A DNA stretch of 64,000 nt from Flaccisagitta enflata (taxonomy: Eukaryota). The translations under genes and the position numbers were made by a program. Position 1 is the stretch's first letter, and each line of letters begins with the position of its first letter. Shown here piece after piece: positions 57,804-64,000 of the stretch. The DNA is taken from NCBI GenBank assembly GCA_965153355.1, contig OZ231126.1, positions 33,170,001 through 33,234,000 on the forward strand, given 5' to 3'. Under the pieces are notes generated by a model, which had not been told where the DNA came from, ran no database searches, and saw nothing but the letters and a program-made list of their open reading frames with translations.

Positions 57804-58628
57804 CTGAGACAAGGTGGTTACGACGAAGATGTTCACTTCAAGTCAGAATGAAATCCGGTGATTAGCTGTTTTTCTTCTCGCGTCACTAAAATGGAGGGGA
57901 AAATTGGTAAGAATTGGATTTTCCCACTTCAATTCCGCGTCAAGGCAAAGAGGCTTCCTCGACCTTTTCTAGAAACGTGGCGCAGAGCCAGGGCGGAAAT
58001 GCGAATTTTCTGAATAGATCATTACGTATAGATAAACGAATGGATGGGGTGGGGGGGGGGGAAACAGACAAGTAGGATTTGGGGGTAGAGTTGATTTTAG
58101 GGGTAGGGTTGAGTTTACAGGTAGGGGTGGGTTTAGGGGCAGGGTAGCGTTTAGCTGCAGGGTTGAGTTAAAGTGTGGGGAGTGAGGAAAGGTTAAAGGG
58201 TAGGGTCAGAGTAAGCTTTATTAATTCAGTGTCGGGGCAGTGTGGCATAAAAAAATCCTGGAATGCGTAAGCCAGTGTCGTAATACTACCACACATACAC
58301 TCACGGGAAAACAGATTGATCAATAGAGCAAGATGGCAATTCAGCCGTCTCTCTGAAACACGCACGTACACCAGCCCACAAGCACTCGCGAACTTACCTC
58401 CGTGATAATGAATTTGATATTCGGCGGGTATTCCTTTTTGCTTTTAAAACAAATAAGAAATAAATAAGAAGATAAAAAATATCTCGTCTATACACTAGAA
58501 GTTACCTAAACGGTAAGCGGTATATTTAGGAAGCCGGTTCTTTCTGTGTTTGGTTTTCCCTTACGTCACGACCATGACTGCAGACTGAACACTTGCCAGC
58601 TGTCATCGCCGTACAATTGAGTTGGAAG
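57804..58628 (-). other. Candidate micro-exons 58628-58565, 58440-58398 and 57885-57804 of an unidentified spliced transcript
   Basis: AG/GT borders with donors gtaagg, gtaagt and gtgaga; the joined frame reads FQLNCTAMTAGKCSVCSHGRDQKGIPAEYQIHYHGVTREEKQLITGFHSDLK*. No homologue recognised. Confidence 0.35.
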
Positions 58629-59335
58629 CTAAGTATGTTTACGTCTGGTCTTAATGAGGAAGAGGAATAATAACCACCAACTAACGCAGAGGGGAAGAGT
58701 CGGAAAAGCTTTTAAAAGGAGGAGCGAGAGGAGGAGATGGTCTCGATTGCCAAATGTAGTGGAGGCCAAGTATCTACAGGCACCCCAAAAAGTATCCAGA
58801 AAGTATCTAGGATTTTTTTGCTAGTATCTAGACTAGTATGTAAATTAGGGCCAACAGTTTTTGCATCAAATCAATTAAACAACCCAGCCTGCAGTTTTTT
58901 TAAACAGACCTTGTCTATACAGTTGAAAACTACTTGCTATATGATTTTTCTCCGTAATTTAGAGGTACCAGATTTGATATTTTGATCATAACTTAATGGT
59001 GGTTGTGGGTAAAATGTCAAATTTATGTCATTTTGGCCGCCAAATTGAGTCACTTAGCCTTAGAAAATCAAACTTAATATCTTGAGATTATAAAGCTAGA
59101 GCTCAAGATCTCACTAGTGGTGCAATCCGCATATTTCTATCATTTTTTGTTTAGATTTGAAAGCATTTCAAAGATGAAAGGGTTTGAAAGGAAAATGGCA
59201 GCTTCAATTACAGTGGCAATTTCAACACTTTTTACAAATATCAATATTTCGCGGCTTTGGATGGATCAATCTGCATAAAGTTGGTGATCAAATTGAAGAG
59301 TTTTTCCTGTTCTAACTGATGGTAACAAAATTTTT

Positions 59336-59819
59336 GATCCATATTCCCCAAAAAAATTTTTAAAGACTGTAGAAACAGGTGCAAAAAAATCGGTTTCTTT
59401 ACAAACTGGTCAATTTTGAATGAAACATTAGGCCACTTCCAATCTATAAAAAAATTAAAATCTATAAGCAAAATAAAGTACTGCTCAGGAGCTAACCAGT
59501 GGTGCAATCGGCATGTCAATATGTTTTTGAATTTAGATTTTATAGAACTTCAAAGATTAAAATACCGAAAAATTTTTATTTTGACTTACCCTTAAAATCT
59601 TTGATGTTCTATAAAATCTAAATGCAAAAACATATTGATAGCCGATTGCACCACTGGTTAGCTCCTGAGCAGTACTTTATTTTGCTCATGGATTTTAAGT
59701 CTTTCTATAAACTGAAAGTGGCCTAATTTTTCATCCAAAATTAACTAATTTGCAAAAGAAATTGATTTTTTTGCATCTGCTTCTACAGTCTCTACGATTT
59801 TTTGGGGGGAATATTGATC
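59336..59819. repeat. Long inverted repeat (about 220-bp arms, about 40-bp spacer), interior of a fold-back DNA element starting near 58777
   Basis: aaaataaagtactgctcaggagctaaccagtggtgcaatcggc is mirrored at 59641-59684; no matching outer TIR found. Confidence 0.85.
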
Positions 59820-60257
59820 TGTTTAAAGTAAAATGAATAAAAAACAAGTGATAAGGTAATAGTTATAATATTCATGAAATATATAGAATTAATTGAATCA
59901 ACAGCTAATAGCTTAATGATATTAATATTGCTAAAACACTTTTTTAAAGTAGCTAGACACTCCATTGCTGTACCAAAATCTAGCTACTTAGTCGCTAAGT
60001 TGGTGGCCAAAAACTTATTTTTTCTCCTTCTTTGTCTCTGTTTTTATCTTTTTGTCTGTCTGTTTGCGCCCTTCCCCCTTGTTGTTTAAAGTAATTACAA
60101 ATGCATGATAGTCGAGTGTAACGAACCACTCTCCACATCCTGGACATTGATATAAAAAAAAATTTAAAAAAAAAGTAAGCTAAACACTCATTTGAAGTAC
60201 CTAAATCTAGCTACCTAGTGGCTAAGTTGGTGGCCAAAAACCTTTTCTTTCTTCTTC

Positions 60258-60346
<89 letters not shown>

Positions 60347-61322
60347 GTTGTTTAAACCAACGACCCATCCTGGACAACAACGGTTAACAACGGAGCTTCG
60401 CGCAGCTTCATTTCAGATCGGAGAAGAGCAGAGACATAGTCTGGAACGGAGTTAGAATCTGGAACGGAGCTGGAACGGACTAGAACGAAGTAGAACGAAG
60501 TGAAATAGTGATCGATGTTATACTGTGCACTACGGATCTTGAGAACCGCCACGACGATTTTTGGATCACTGTAAGTTTCTCTTAAGTTTGGTACAGTCCT
60601 CACATGCAGGAATCAAGAACCAATTAAAAAAAAAATTTCATGTGGTTTTTGTTGAAAAAAATTGTAAAATTAACAATTTTACATCCTATTTTGCAAACAT
60701 AATTTACTGGGCAAGCAGAATATATTTTTTGATACGGTAGATGCCATTCAGACTTGGAAATACAGGGGAATTCATTAAGGAAGACAGATAAACTTAGGAG
60801 ATTGATATTTGGAATAGGAGCTAATAAAAGGATGCTTTGTTGCCCATGGGTGTTGGTTGCCACTGAAACACATTTCCATGTATTTACGCTAAAGTAACAA
60901 TATTTTGAGAAATTTTTTGAGGGAACATTGTTTAAAATAAAATTTGCTACAACTTTCCCACAGTATGCTCTGTAAGAATATCGCCTGTTTGGCGGTTGCT
61001 AGGGAGCATCACAGGGCTGTCACACATAGTTACGCTCCCTAGCAACGGCTAAACGAGCAATATTCTTACAGAACATACTGTGGGAAAATTGTAGCAAATT
61101 TTATTCTTTATCCCTCAAAAAATCTCTCAAAACATTGATACAGGGTGTACGCTTTCGTTTGACTGATTAAGAATCGACATAACTTTTCTTCCAGAAAAGG
61201 TAATCAAATTCTGAAAAAAGATCTGAATAGATCTTGAAGTGCAGTTTTTTTATGTTTGTATTTGCGTTTTTTAGCTTGGGAGCTATGGGAGTTTAAAGTA
61301 AACAACTTTATCTGGTAAACTA

Positions 61323-62723
61323 ACCATGGTAAAGAAAAAAAAGGACAACTTCTTTAACTACTTTCTGTTTCACTATGGGCCTGCACCACAGAAAATCCAT
61401 GACTGTTTAAAAGCTCTGCAAAAAATCTTCAAAATGCGACGTTGCTGGATGTTGTAGCTTCATTCATTCAGAAATGACTAGGGGTTAAAGAAAAAAATCA
61501 CAAATTGAAAAAAATGCGCATTTCAATTTTTCCAATAAGAAATTATACTCTTTTTGTTTTTGTAAATTACGAAAGTCAGGATTGTTTAAGGCAGTTTCCA
61601 CAATAAACTAGACTGGCGGAAATTAGGCGACTAAATTTGTTAACATTGATAAAAATGTCATAATTTCATAATGGTCGTACTCAATAACTTGAAATTTGAG
61701 TCTTATGTTCAGAATTTGATACTCTTTCAGATCATATAAAAAGAAATATCTGAATACTTAAAATATGTTCAACTATGTTAATTTCTATCATAATCAGAGT
61801 AACATAAGAGTAACAGGGTGTTAACATATTAGGTCGCTCTCTTCAAAAATCAATATCTTCAGCTAGAATTGACATTAGGGTCTGAAATTTTGCATGTAAC
61901 ATGGGTTATGTCTATATTAAAGGGGGAAAAAGAAATTTTCCATAATACCTAAGATATTGCCATTAAAACTATAGTATACTATTATATGTTAAAATCAAAT
62001 AAATCATCATTTTAGACACATCAACTAAAAGTCAAATTTTTCAACAGTAAATAACAACTGGTCATCATAAAATCTTTAGTTCTTCTTTAGGGATTGCAAT
62101 TAAACAAAAATAACCTACAGTTGGGTAGGCTTAATGATTTTTTTATGTTTTTTTTTATTGTGGTTTTGAGTGTGACATTTGTGTGACATAAAAAAAAGGG
62201 TGATTTTGGCCTAATTTCTGCTACATAGCCTATCAAAATTTAATATATGAAGGATATTAGCTAGGTACTGAATCCCAGGTAATGTGTTACAACAGCTTCT
62301 ATCATTAAGAAAAAGGATTAGCACATTAAAAATGATTGTTTTGCCTGTTACATTATGAATTTCAGCTGGGCCGGTTTATTGTGGAAATGACCTTAAGTTA
62401 TTTGATACCTATGAGCACATTAAAGAACTATGAATTTTCTTTAAATTGGGGCCAAGAACAAATTTCTTACTCAATTCATTCAATTTCTACGTTACAATGA
62501 AAATAACCCATGAAAATCAGGTAGTATTGAATTTCCAAATTCTTGACCACCTGTCTTCATTCTTGTGCCATTTCTAAACAGATAGAGGTAGGACAACCAG
62601 CAAGGTCTCATTTGAAAGATCTTTCACAGAGCTTCAAAATGGTCATAGATTTTGCTGTATTTTCCCCATCTCTTCAATGTTGAACACTACCAAACAAGTA
62701 GTTTGCTTTTTTTTTGTTATGGT
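61323..62723. mobile_element. ACCATGG-family MITE (nest level 4)
   Basis: TA|accatggtaaagaaaaaaaaggacaac ... ttttttgttatggt|TA; homologous to 32874-33491. Confidence 0.8.
61590..62392. mobile_element. TTAA-target Kolobok-like element (nest level 5)
   Basis: TTAA at 61586-61589 and 62393-62396; ggcagtttccacaataaac / gtttattgtggaaatgacc. Confidence 0.8.
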
Positions 62724-64000
62724 TATCCTGATTAAAGATGCAGGCTAGATATGGTCGTTTTCTTCAAACTTGCATGGTGGGCAAATTCAAAAGCGAAGGT
62801 ACAAAAAATTGGTGACCTAAAAAAACTGCACTTCAAGATCTATTCAGATCTTTTTTCAGAATTGGATTAGCTTCTCTAGGAGAAAAGCTATGTCGATTCC
62901 TAATCGGTCAAAAGAAAGCGTACACCCTGTACTTTAGCATGAATACATGGAAATGTGTTTCCATAGCAACCAACACCCATGGGCAATAAAGTATCCTTTT
63001 ATTAGTCTATATTCTGAATATAAATCTCTTCAGTATGTTTGTCTTCCTGTAATAAATTCCCCCGTATTTCCAAGTTTAGACGACATCTACTGTAGCGTAT
63101 TTTGGATTCCTGATATAATTTCCTTTCATTTGATAGGTCGCACTGTATATTTTTATCTGGAAATTATCTTATTATTTTTTAAATGGTAGCTGAAAAAATT
63201 TTTTTGTTTTTTTTTATAAAAATATACAATGTGATCTATCAAATGAAAGGAATTTACATCAAGGATTCAAATATGCTATCAAAATTTTTTTTTCTACTTG
63301 CCCAGTAAATTCTGTATGCAAAATAGGATTTAAAATTGTTAAGCTTGCAATTTTTTTCAAAAAGTGCCAGATGAAATATTTTGAAATGATTGAATCTTGA
63401 TTCCTGCATGTTAGGACTGTACCGAACTAAAGAAAAACTTGCAGTTATCCAAGAAACGTCCTGGCGGTTCTCAAGATCCATAGTGCCCCCCCGCCCCAAG
63501 AAAATAACATTCTCAAAAGACGCACAATTTTTGGATGGTTTGCGGTACCCGATGCCCCTAAGCTAATGTATTATCTCGGAAATAGAAATGTTTCCACCTG
63601 AATATTAGGTTTGATATTGGAAGAAATAAAGCTACGATACTTAAATTGGTCTCATTTTACAGTCAGTGGACAAAACAAAATAGGTAGAGAGCTCACTCTG
63701 TCGGCTTTGAGTTAACCTACTGTTATTAAACAGAATGCTGTAAACAACAACTGGTTGAAAAATTCACAGCCGGCTGTTATGCTACAAAGTCGGCAAAAAT
63801 TCAACCTAAATAAGATAAAATGTGACTAGCATATTGATAATCCAGATGCAATTCTGAGAAATTTGACATGTCACCTTTAGCACTTTTTGTAAGATACATT
63901 TTTTTAACATTGCATTATAATTAAATTAAACATTGATAAGGATTTCTATTTTCAAATGAAAATATATGTTGTGACATATCAAACTTCTCAGAATTTCAAC

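Larger units (their letters stand above)
61141..62929. mobile_element. CAGGGTGT mariner-like MITE (nest level 3)
   Basis: TA at 61139-61140 and 62930-62931; cagggtgtacgctttc / gaaagcgtacaccctg. Confidence 0.9.
60735..63092. mobile_element. CAGTAGAT-family MITE (nest level 2)
   Basis: TA at 60733-60734 and 63093-63094; cggtagatgccattcagacttggaaatac / gtatttccaagtttagacgacatctactg. Confidence 0.85.
60528..63485. mobile_element. Long-TIR element with CACTA(C/T)GG ends (Transib- or CACTA-like); outermost shell of a 5-level nest
   Basis: cactacggatcttgagaaccgcca / tggcggttctcaagatccatagtg; arms match for about 200 bp; no TSD recognisable. Confidence 0.8.

Overview
Eukaryotic, AT-rich, extremely repeat-dense DNA, probably from an invertebrate animal (inferred from the repeat families; the species cannot be read from the sequence). 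There are no prokaryotic features, no rRNA, tRNA or CRISPR array, and no confidently identifiable intact protein-coding gene; nearly all ORF-track entries are translations of micro- or minisatellites. The window has four main components: (i) long microsatellites and 14/18/19/21/166-bp tandem arrays; (ii) more than 30 non-autonomous Helentron-type (HINE/DINE-1-like) elements in several subfamilies; (iii) about 25 non-autonomous cut-and-paste DNA transposons with readable TIRs and TSDs (TA: Tc1/mariner/pogo-like; 8 bp: hAT; 5 bp with CAC ends: Transib-like; TTAA: Kolobok-like; TTA: Harbinger-like; 4 bp: Sola-like), often nested up to five deep; (iv) one 5'-truncated CR1-group LINE remnant. The most notable patterns are an ~80-bp module containing a TGAAAG-N13-CTTTCA gapped palindrome shared by unrelated transposon families, a fold-back MITE core rich in RFX X-box motifs that occurs with two different sets of termini and has a re-used TA insertion site, covarying HINE inverted repeats, and a weak candidate spliced minus-strand transcript with micro-exons near 56.8-58.6 kb. 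Superfamily labels rest on TSD and terminal signatures only; no database search was possible.
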